DNA from: Phoronis australis
Taxonomy: Eukaryota; Animalia; Phoronida
DNA: 64,000 bases
Direction of reading: 5' to 3'
Assembly: GCA_002633005.1 (NCBI GenBank)
Contig: NMRA01000155.1
Location: 579,536 to 643,535, forward strand
The notes under the pieces are model-generated. The model was not told where the DNA came from. It saw only the letters and a program-made list of their open reading frames with translations, and did not search any database. This document shows, piece after piece, positions 1-10,600 of this stretch. Numbering within the stretch: position 1 is the first letter of the stretch; each line of letters opens with the position of its first letter. Both the position numbers and the translations under genes were made by a program.

Positions 1-675
1 AACTAACAGCATTGTTCTGTTAGTTTGTCTTGAGCATGTAACGTCCCTCGTTATTTTAGATCATTGTCTAACTTTCTATTTTGCAAGGATTTCTGCACTT
101 TGTAGTTAATTATCATGCATCTGTTAGACTGCTGAGATTTGCATTTTTCAATTAAATTTCCTGATATTAAACTAATAAAAAAATTTAAGTTTTTAACTCT
201 GTTTTCGGTCACTCTGGGAAGAAATCTATGTTTAAACTACGGAGACTCAGAGGAAGGGGGTTCTCTATCAATCCTAGTCACTGTTCATGGCATTTTGTTT
301 AATTTGAGATCATTGTTTAATTGCTTTTTACAGCACTTCTTTTTCTGTGCTGTAAGGCCATAAATGTTTTGATTCCGATCTTTTTGGTCCAATGAGGTGA
401 TAGTTTTTAAAGACACTATCTCAACTTTTCAAGGCAGATGTGCTGTTCTTTCACTCTGTGATCTCTGGATATTAAAGTAATGCGCTGTACTCTGCTACAT
501 TATTGTAGACACTGACCAGAATCTAATTTGCTGAGTTCTTGTCTGTGAATTCTGTTCTCCGACAGTTTTTTTAGACTACGTTGTGTCCTTTTCCCTGTCT
601 ACTGACCATGAGTATTGTGTGTGTGTTTGTGTACGTGTTTGTCTAACAGCTTGCTCTTTTCTTTTTGCTTGGTAG

Positions 676-702
676 TACGGACTCGTGGGCAATAGGATCC
701 AG
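676..702 (+). CDS. Candidate 27-nt frame-preserving microexon of anillin
   Basis: CTAAC branch point (643-647), pyrimidine tract, TAG|TACGGACTCGTGGGCAATAGGATCCAG|GTGAGT; phase 2 end fits the exon at 1529; encodes TDSWAIGS. Confidence 0.5.
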
Positions 703-1528
703 GTGAGTGTATGCACAAGCTTTCAGTACAGACTTGTTTGGGAATAACATAGCTATGACAGCAGCTTTGTCCTTATAGAAATCATGTTTCAACTTATTTT
801 TTGTTGTCACGTTGCTGACTACAACAAGACAATGTTGAACAGGTTGGCCTAGAGCGTTAGTCCTTCCTATTTGCATGAACGGCCAAATGATTCTCTGGTT
901 CCCCTACCTGGTTTCGCTTTCTGTGACCTCACAGTTCTTCTCTTCATCAGCAAAACAAAGAAATAATTTTCACTGGAAGTTTGACACCAACCAGTAAAAT
1001 CTGTGAACAAAGCCAATACCTGGACTTTAAAGTTATTCAATGAGTTTCTGTTCTCTTTCATCGCTTCACCTTCTCTACCTTGTTTATCCACCTGTGGACA
1101 CACTTTTAGTTCCTATTGTGTCCAGGAGTACAACAAGCCAAGGCACATGCAGGCTGACACCTGGTGTTGTTTTAAAGTTCTAGTTTCACTGAATAATGAA
1201 GTTAGTTTTTACATGACTTTTGTTTACTGTATGCTGAATATGGTCAATTGTACAGGTATGCGGCTTAGTGCCAGAAAACTCCACAATTCTTTCTGTTTTA
1301 CGTGTTGAGCACAATTGTAACACGGGCTCCCCCTTTACTGTTTATTGTTAAGAACCCAAACAAACATTCAAGGTAGAAGAGCTTCGAAAGTTCTGTTTGC
1401 TGAACAAGTGAACATTTCTGAAACTTCTGTTTTGTTAACTATGAAAGTTTCTCATTGTCTCTATTTTGTTATCCACAAACTTGATTAGTTTTGTATCAAC
1501 ACTAATGTTTTCTTTCTTTGTCCTTTAG

Positions 1529-4262
1529 ACACAAGTCCAACCGTCCAGCCCCAAAAATCACTGTTGTCCGCCACTCAGAACACAGCCGTCAAGCTGAAGT
1601 GCACCAAGAGGAGGCGCTGCCATACATCCCAGAAAAGGACGACAAAGAGAAAATAAAGGTGCAGTGCTGACTCTGATGTGATTGAGTGTTCCGTGTTTCT
1701 AGTGTTGAGCTCAGAATCTCTACTATGGACAGTTGATGTTTCTTACACCAAACCTGCTATGTTGTTTCTGAAACACAGTAACTGAATAGGGTTAAATCTA
1801 CAGAAGAGTTGACTTGACATCGTGTTATGAAACATTCTAGCATTGTGTAATGAAACATTCTAGCATTGTGTAGTGAAACATTCTAGCATAGTGTAGTGAA
1901 ACATTCTAGCATAGTGTAATTCAACATTCTAGCATTGTGTAATGGGACATTCTAGCATTGTGTAATGAAACATTCCAGCATTGCGTAATGAAACATTCTA
2001 GCATTGTGTAATGGGATATTCTAAAGTTAGTGTTACACGTGTATACTGTAAATCATTTTGACTACTATGGTACATTTGCTACACTCTTGAATTCAGGTCA
2101 TCCCTCATGTTAAATAACAGTACACAGGAAGCCCCAGCTGTAGCCATGACTTCGGCCAATTTTTCGTCCATCTTTAAGTTCATTTTGACTCTGCTGATCC
2201 CATGGTTTAGTGTTAGCTATTTATGCTGGTCAGGTAATCTGTCACTGACAATGTCTTAAGCTTAAAACACAATGTTTGACTTTCTGGCTGTCAATGTGAT
2301 AAGATTCTTTTGAAAAAAATGTAATTACTTATTTTCTGTTGTCTGAAAATTAACATCTGAGTGCACAAATGATAATGCAGCCAGCAAGTTGAACGCTATC
2401 CTAACCAGTCTTTGTTAAGTACTTACTAATGCATCTGTGACTACGCTGATTACAGGAACTACACGGTCTGGTGAACCAGGAGCAGAATGTTATCATGCAG
2501 ACCAGTAACGCCCTCAATCAGTGTTGCATGGGCAACTCCAGCTTTGCTGGCTCAGCCGAGCAAGTCGAGTGCAATAAACTACTCCTCATAGCCTGTGAGT
2601 ACACCAAGGGTTTCCTTTAAGAGTTTATGGGAATCCCACATACATCTTACAGCACACTGAATATTATTTGAGCATTTTATTTTTTAATTTGTTCCACGTG
2701 AAGCATTTTCTGTTTCGTATATGGGAAATTCATTTGAGGTCAGAATTTCTACCCTCACTTTATTTGAAAAAATTGCAATATAATGTACTTTCGATTACAT
2801 GACATTTTTTTCCATTTCATATATTACCAGCCTCCAAATTTCAAAGGATAAAAGAAATCTTTAGTTGTTATTCATTGCTGGCAATGTTCTGTTCTGTGAC
2901 ATAAGTCAGGGATTGTATTGAAGCCGTCACACACAACAATCTTAGCTGTCAATCATCACTGTTGTGTCTCCATCAAAAGGTCAGAAGAGGCAGGCCTACC
3001 TGGCCGAGATTGAGCGACTGAAGAACCCCAAGAAGTATAAGCGGGTTGACTCTGGCCTGGCTCGAGGCTCACTCACCATCAGTGACATCAGACTGCCAGT
3101 CAAGAAGGACTTTGTCAATAGAATAGGCACAACAGCCGGTAAGACATTCACCACTGAACAGTTTGGTTGATAATATTTTGCTAGAGACCCAGTCCGAACG
3201 TAGAGATCATTTTGCGGGAAATTTAATACATTTTGAACAAAGTGAAGAGTAGGCAGAGTGACCTAGTGGGATAAGTGTCGGCTTCCTTTACTCAAGGTCG
3301 TGGGTTCAAGTCCCACTGGGGTACACTGCTAGACCCTTCAGTCAGTCTATAGCTCCTCAGCTCGGTGTTAACTATATATCTAATTCTGCATTAAAATGGT
3401 TCCAGGCGATCAGTGTAATGGACCTATCTCAGCGGCCTGCGCACTTCTGGTACAATGCGTGCCCGGTCACCTGCAATTATATTTCTTAAACCAAGTGGGG
3501 AAACTGACACGCGACTGATTGCCGTGTCTATAAGATGTCTTGATTGTTATTGTAGCTAGAGTACATGTCAAAAGTATTCAGACAGAAAACAATTTGGTGG
3601 TCATGACAGCTAATTGTGCTTTAGTGAAAACACGTCAATGGCTCATCACTGTGGCAAAGTCCTAAGTACAGAATAGTTTTACTTTCTGCATTGCTAACTT
3701 TTCAATAAATTGTCTGTCAGCCCCAGTCATGGAGGACAATTACGTTGATGATAAATTACGCTTGCAATCGTGTAAGGGAGTTGTGTGTCACTGTGTCCTT
3801 TTAGTCTTGAGGTGCACTGTGTAGAGCTGCATACAGTTCGTGAATAATATTGCTTTTCCTTTGAACTGTTTAATCATCAACTTGTAACTGTTCCCAACTT
3901 TCCTGAACTACTCATTTCACAGGGCTTTTTCTGTACATTGGACTCTGGTCAGATTGACGTTGACCAGTGTTACTTTCTATTTTCTAAAAGAAAAAGTTAG
4001 TTCAAGCACCACACAAACTCTGTGATTGTTTAAAAACTGCAAATGTGCTCCTGGTTTGTAAATTTGAATGTCCGCGTGTGACCTTTCAGACACGTCCGTC
4101 CACTTCTTCATACTGCTGCTGAGGAATGGGCCACAGGTCATTGTCACGCAGATGTTGTCAACACACGACCCAGGGTTCAGGGGCAGCCTCGACTTCCCCA
4201 ATCTGATCAAGTTGAACGACATCGCGGGAGACTTCTCATTGGTGCTCGAAGTTTACAGCATG
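1529..4262 (+). CDS. ANLN: Anillin, partial (internal exons of the anillin-homology region)
   Basis: Exons 1529-1658, 2456-2594, 2980-3138, 4090-4262 join in phase at AG/GT sites: ...KEKIKELHGLVNQEQNVIMQTSNALNQCC...GSAEQVECNKLLLIACQKRQAYLAEIERLK...RGSLTISDIRLPVKKDF...HFFILLLRNGPQVIVTQM...DFSLVLEVYSM, matching anillin RBD/C2 motifs. The 5' exons lie before the window; PH-domain exons were not found. Confidence 0.92.
1829..2023. repeat. 23-bp minisatellite (GAAACATTCTAGCATTGTGTAAT), about 8 copies
   Basis: Direct tandem copies in an anillin intron. Confidence 0.95.
3252..3490 (+). mobile_element. tRNA-derived SINE
   Basis: A-box-like TGACCTAGTGG and B-box GGTTCAAGTCC head followed by a non-tRNA body; the body recurs in diverged form at ~56060-56240. 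Confidence 0.7.
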
Positions 4263-4399
4263 GTAAGCCAGCAATGTTCTGTTGAATAGGCCGACTGTCA
4301 AAGTCCACCTGTTTGTTGGCTATTTGTAAAACTACCGTTTCCAAAGATAATGTGTGGGTAATAACGCTGTGGAGTGTCCCTTGTATTTACTGGCTTGCC

Positions 4400-4810
4400 C
4401 AACTGTGTATTCTCCCATCTGTTTGAAAGTTTCCGTAACAAAACTTAAATTCTACTGTAACTTTAAGACTCTGTATTGTTTTGAACCATATCTTAAATTA
4501 CCGCTACACAATAGTCTTATTCAAGCGTTTACTCGTTTACGTTGCTCCAACCACAGTGGAAGTGGGTAGACACGAGAAAGTGGATTATTACAATAGATTA
4601 TGTATGGCTTGCAATGATGGTCTTGTAGAGGATGAATACCATTTCCTGTTGGTTTGCAAGGGATATTGTGAACTTAGGTCACGTTTTATGAAGGAATTTC
4701 AATGGAGGCATCCAACTCAAGAATCCTGTATACGCCTGCTCGCTAATCCAGATATATCTGTTGTTAAATATGTGTATTTTGCCCTTAAAAGACGAGAACA
4801 ACTCTTAAAT
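4400..4810 (+). mobile_element. Non-LTR retrotransposon 3' fragment (frameshifted, CCHC zinc knuckle)
   Basis: Two frames join to YCNFK..FEPYL..FTRLRCSNH/VEVGRH..RLCMACN..VEDEYHFLLVC..Y.ELR, a typical LINE ORF2 C-terminus. Confidence 0.85.
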
Positions 4811-4817
4811 GGGTTGA

Positions 4818-4954
4818 GGGCTGTTCCAGCAATATCTGTATGGGAGGGGGGGAAGGCACTTTTATTTTGTACCCACCGCCCATGTTTTTCATTTATTTCT
4901 CCAACCCATGACCCATAATTTTTTAATTATTTTTAATAGGTTAAAATATAAAAT
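4818..4954 (+). mobile_element. Terminus of a PIF/Harbinger-like TIR element
   Basis: TGA|GGGCTGTTCCAGCAA...; near-identical reverse-complement at 48628-48764 and the same TIR at 41944; TNA flanks. Confidence 0.7.
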
Positions 4955-6968
4955 CCAACACTTGCAAACAAATTGCCTCCAGGAGGACCTGTTAAGAACT
5001 TAGATGATTGACAAACAAGAAGTAGTTGTCTTGTCCAATATTGTCAAAAACTAAAGTAGCCTGTGAGCAATACTTTTGGCAGCCACCAGGTGTCTCTGTT
5101 GACCATGTGTCTATAATTTCAATGAACATTTTTTCAATTATAAAGATCTATGAATCTCAAACTGTCTCCACGAACTCTTTTGTACTTCTATGTCAAGTGA
5201 ATATTGGAACTTGTTTATCTTACTCCTCATACTTTTTATTTAAAAATCNAGGCATGACACGGATCTGCAGAAAAAGGTAATTAACTAAAATGACATAAAA
5301 GTCCCATGTTCTACTTATATTTACATATGAATGGGATTTGAAAGTTGAAATGAATTTGAAAAGTATGACAACAAAACTCATGAATCAATGTTTCTCAGGC
5401 CTAAAGCTTCTTTATTAGAAGTCTGGAATCAGGGTCTTTGGTAAGCTTTCTAGTTAGTAGTCAATCATAGCTTCAGTCATTGATGACGCTATACAGTATC
5501 TGTTTCAGATACCTTTATTTTGGAATATATGGTATTGGGTATATTTTTATTGTTGAGCAAGGTCAGGATATCGAAATGAGGTAACGCTGATAAAATAATT
5601 TTAAAAAACGTCAAATCATGCAAAATGTAATCGCCTTCATATTTTGAAAGTTTGTTGGAGGTCTGAGACCACATGGCGCCCAGCCAAAAACCGTAATTTA
5701 ATGGGTCGGAGAGTTATTATAACGAACTCAATGAGCCAACCGCCCTCTATACTAGGCGGTCTACGTAGCATAATTATACCGTGTACACGTTGTCCATGTA
5801 TTCTTGCATCAGATTCCCGGTGTCCGCATTATCCACGTTGACGTAGTCGACACATATCCAATTATTGGTGTCGGTTTTCGCGACGGCACTCTCGGAAAAC
5901 ACCGCCTGCAAACGAGAATGGTGTTCATCTGTACAGTATCGATAAACACATATGTAGCGAAAAGCGAGCTGGCTTACGGACGCAAACATGTCAACCCATT
6001 CCCATGCAAGCTTTTATGTCATTTTTTGCAGCTACACCGTAGCGCCCTTTGCGTAACTGCTACGCTTTTTGAAGCTGCAGCAAACCATACCACAGGACAT
6101 TTTTTCTAAAAATCTTGCCACGGTTGTCAGGAGTTCAAAAATGTTGGTATGATTTTCAAAGCTCTTAGCAAGGCCATTTTCTTGACAAGAATTTTAAAAA
6201 ATCCTGTTAGATTTCAAATTTTTCGTCACTTTGAAGTTGAAATGCAGCTTCTTGATTTTCATCGCTTATGTGGGGAAATATGAGTTCCAAACCTATCACA
6301 AACGGATAAACTTCACATATTTCAGGTAAATGGTATTGGTATAGTGTGAAATTAGAGTGTGGTAATCACTGTTCCATTCACCACGTGCTGCATGCGCCTC
6401 GCACATCAAATTCGGTTGACATGCAACGCTTCTCATAAAGACAACATTAAAGTGTGATTTACAATAGTTTATCAGAGTGTACATGTAAGTCAGGAGTGCG
6501 GCTTGCCACGGTTATTGACGAAAACTGGGATGGTAAGGGTAAAAATGGTAGACATGAATCAGAACGTCCACGCCCAATTTTTCTTCACTATCACAAGAAA
6601 TCCTAACAAATGGGAAAGCCAAAACAGCCATGTTCGTGTAAATGCTTATTTCAATACCATTTGTTAGTGAAAACAATGCCTGATCCTGCGGACCATTACT
6701 GAGATCGCACCCTGCCGTTTGAATGCGAATTCACAAAAATTAGACAAAAGTAAACACCGACTTGGGAAGAAGCAACCGATAATAATGGCCACCTAGTTTT
6801 AAAAATATACCTTTATACTTAGGATAATTCGTGTAGCGCTCAAACACTAAGAAATGCGTTACCATAGCAAAAAGATAACCAGTAAAGTCCAGTTTATTGG
6901 TGGCTGTTCCGTCATTTAAGTCAAGTAGCAGAAGCTTGGAGTAGACGTCTATGAATATCTTGTCCTTA

Positions 6969-7190
6969 CCAGGGACTGGGAAGTGTTTCTCAAAGCCTAA
7001 AACATGAACAATACTGTCAAGATAAAAGTCTCGAGTTATTTAGGGTATGCATATCCTGGATGACTGTCTGGTCAACGATGACCATATTTTCGGAGAAGTG
7101 ACCTGATAGTTTCATATGAATTAATATCTACCCGCGCTTAACAAATAGTTCCCCGTTGTATTCGAACGTTTAGAGGTGAGGTGTCTGGCA
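6969..7190 (-). pseudogene. Decayed WD40-like exon at the 3' end of the NACHT-WD gene
   Basis: Bounded by CAG| and |GTAAGG; one frame reads ARHLTSKRSNTTGNYLLSAGRY*FI*NYQVTSPKIWSSLT...IP*...FPVP, a WD-like pattern with three stops. Confidence 0.45.
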
Positions 7191-7602
7191 CTGATATGAC
7201 GTAATTCGTAACCGAAAATAGGAATAGAAGTGCACAGTCATATCAAATTGCCAAAAATCTTACAAGTCTTGGATATTTTTCCGACTACGGGAGCATTTTA
7301 ACACTTGAAACATCTGCAAAACAATGTGTTTAGGTAACTGTTAATCAGTCTAAAGTGCTTAGAAATTCACAGTGCTACATAAAATGTCATCTAGGTGTAA
7401 TTGCTTCTTAATTTTGGCAAATTAATCATTTTATTTGACTGGGTACAAAACGTCAAAATGACACCAAACAAGCTCACACGCCACACCACGCATTACGTCA
7501 TCAAGTATTTACCACGTGTCAATCAACCTCAGCTAGTAACTCACGCAAATTGGAAGGGTGAAACACGGTAAGAATTATATTTTGGTTATAGAATCGGCCT
7601 AC

Positions 7603-10600
7603 CTGTAAAGTACTGATGGCTTATTTGAGGCAAATCTTTCAAAAACGTCCCGGTGTTTATGTCGAAACTTTTCAAGTTTGAAAATACTTTTCCACCATTC
7701 TTCAATCCAGGGACCTCGTCCTTGTTGTACGTTTCACACAGAATGATACCAGAGTCGACTATACTGACTAAAGCCACCATTTTCTTAGTGAATTTGTCAT
7801 CACATATCTTCAGGTGTGCTGTAAAAGCTTTAGCATCCAAGTCGTAGACATGCAGTATTCCTGATCCTCTACGCCGGAATGCAAACTTCTTTCCACTCCC
7901 TAAAATTGAAATCGGTTCGAAATCCACATCCGATTCCTTCAGATACATGTATATTCTCATTCACTATCAACGATCATAACGTATTCAAGAAGACAAAAAA
8001 GAGAAAATATAACAAGGCTAAGCTGAAGTCAGTTGAAATGCCAACATTGCAAACACAGGAAGGGCGGTTGGATAGAGATGGTAGCTACATGCGCCCATAC
8101 AAGAAAACGCGGTGCGTGACACAAGCAAAAATTGTCCATATAACGAAAGTGTTAACTGGCTCGCCATTGACTCACCAACAAGATAACTTTCGTCATTTTC
8201 ATGAGGTGAAAGGCCTTTTTCTGTTGGATAGTCAACTTCAAATACCTACAAACAGATAAGAACCGCAATATGAACATGAAATTAACCCACTGCAATCTGT
8301 TGATGCAGGCAATGATAACGAGATATTTGAATTCATTTTGTTAATTCACTGACCAGAGACCGTTGGATCCAGATTGGACGCTGAAATCGTAGGATTCTAT
8401 CCCCTGCTACACCGCCCCACCGATTTCGACCCACGAAAAGAGTTGACACAGGAAGTGAACCCAGAAAAAGCAATCTCACAAGGACAAGCAGTGGAGGCCA
8501 GGCTTAGTCAAACTCTGCCTTTCAATTTTAACTCTCTCACAAACTTGTGCACAAGGTCAGTTTATATATACTTTTTGAACAGCAGTCTCGTCCCCAAGTT
8601 CCAAGACTGCGCTGATCGGTTAGCTCAAATAGATAAATCGATTAAAGTATTCTTGAGGCTTGTGGATGAGGCTGCCTGATCAGTTGTAAACATTTTAAGA
8701 ATGGTCAGCACCCAACCTACGGCTAAGTCATCTGGTGACCCAACCATTGCCAGTAAGTCCAAAAAGACTTCTGCCCCGATTGGGACTCCATCCCGTAACC
8801 GTGCAGACTCCATCGGGACCACCAGTCGAAAAATATCATGAATTAATGTTACTAAACATCATGTATAACCTATAGTTCAGTCAAAATAAAGCAGTGCTGT
8901 TACGTGTCACAAAATAAGATTAAGCTGTAGTGAAGCCGCTTGCATCAATGTAAAAAGGCTGACACATACCACTTTCCTGTTCACAATGTCGACTACGCAA
9001 ACTTTGTCCGCGGTCAAAGCTGCTACCCATTTCTGACCATTCAGCCTGCAAAGTGGGTGTCTCTTCTCGTGCTCGTCTTCCTTCATTTTGCCAATCTGTA
9101 TCAGATTGATCTATGCATTACATTGATACCTAAGTTGCGATTTCATGGAGGTAACACATACCATTATCCAATTTAGCTAAACTTTAGTTACTGTAGGCCT
9201 GCGTGACATTTTTTATGTAAAAGCCATCAAAGTTTGCTGTATGACGTGAAATCCTTGTCTAGACTGTCATAAGTTACATGATATGCGTAGGTCTCCACTA
9301 ATAGAAACTTGGCAATGACACAGAAAAATAAATACCACAACCAGTAACAATTTGAAAAACTACCAGGAAATATTTCGGGACTGTAGTACATCATTTGAAA
9401 AAGCAAAGAATGTGCACAGAATACGCAGTTTGCTAGCTTCCCTCCATCTCTGTTTTTGCTCAGTGTAACCGCCTTCAGTCTGCATAACTAGAGTACATTC
9501 AGTCACCAAGTCACTTATGGCGTCATTCAAAATGGATTAATCTCCTAATGTGTCACGCTTATTTCTGAACCACTACACTAACTATTTTTAAGACTGTTCA
9601 ACCAAGAGTTTGGCTTTTGCCGGTTACATTACCGTTAATCTATAGACTATGTCTTTGGCAAATAGATTCCAGACAACCAAGTCACATTTTTCACTGGTTT
9701 GGAAGTAGTCCAAGCTAGTCATGGCGACCCATTGGTCATTGTTACACAGTATGGCGCCATTGGCGATGTATGTGACGTCATCTTGGCAAGTAAATTTCTT
9801 GACAAGTTTCCCATTTGAAACCTTCCAAACGTAAATGACCATTTGATGAAGATGAGCTGAAAACAGTACGACGGTAGTATTGCGTCAAAAATGACCTGTC
9901 TAAAGAGGAACCTTATTTGGAAAGATTTTAATTAATTTGGCACATTTTACTTACAAAAATGGAGATATTAGCTTTAAAGTACTCAAGACAAGAATCGTCA
10001 AAAGGTAGCGCATACTGGAAAGATTTGTCAGACTGTGGAATAACTGCATTGGAAATAAATCCAATAACTTTCAATGCAATCATGACTAATCATTATTGTA
10101 TGATCTCGGTAAATAAAACTTCTGCGTTTAATCAAGTTTTTTAATAGAATGACTAAACTGGTGAAAATATGATTAATTCAGATCCAAGAATATGATAAAA
10201 TTTTGAGTGATTCAACAAGACGTACCTTAACAAAACGTTAGGAAAGGGGTCAATACATACCGCCCACCATGTAGTCTTGTTTAGCGGTCAACATCAGTTC
10301 ATTCAGCGGAGTCTCAATCCCGGCGTAACGCATCTCCACTGGCCCATCGCCCGGCTTTAGGTATCCTAGCAAAAACAATCAATTGCCGTAATTTACTACG
10401 AAAATACATCTTGTGAAATGTCACGGTAGGTTTCGAGGAGAATTGCTGTACTGGTATCACTTGAAGAAAACTGGCCTTAAAAATCCAACCCAGCTTTAAA
10501 GTCTTTGACTATCCGCAAGGCAGTGCATATGTCAATGATTTATCCTTTCAGAATCATGTTTTGGTAACACTTTTTTCATACGCCACTTCAGGTGGGCTGT

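Noticed and set aside
1829-2023. CRISPR-like regular repeats (also 41145-41368 and 58150-58912)
   Set aside because: No unique spacers and no cas genes; ordinary eukaryotic minisatellites.
3252-3325. Functional tRNA gene
   Set aside because: Stems are poorly paired and it continues into a dispersed repeat body, so it is a SINE head.
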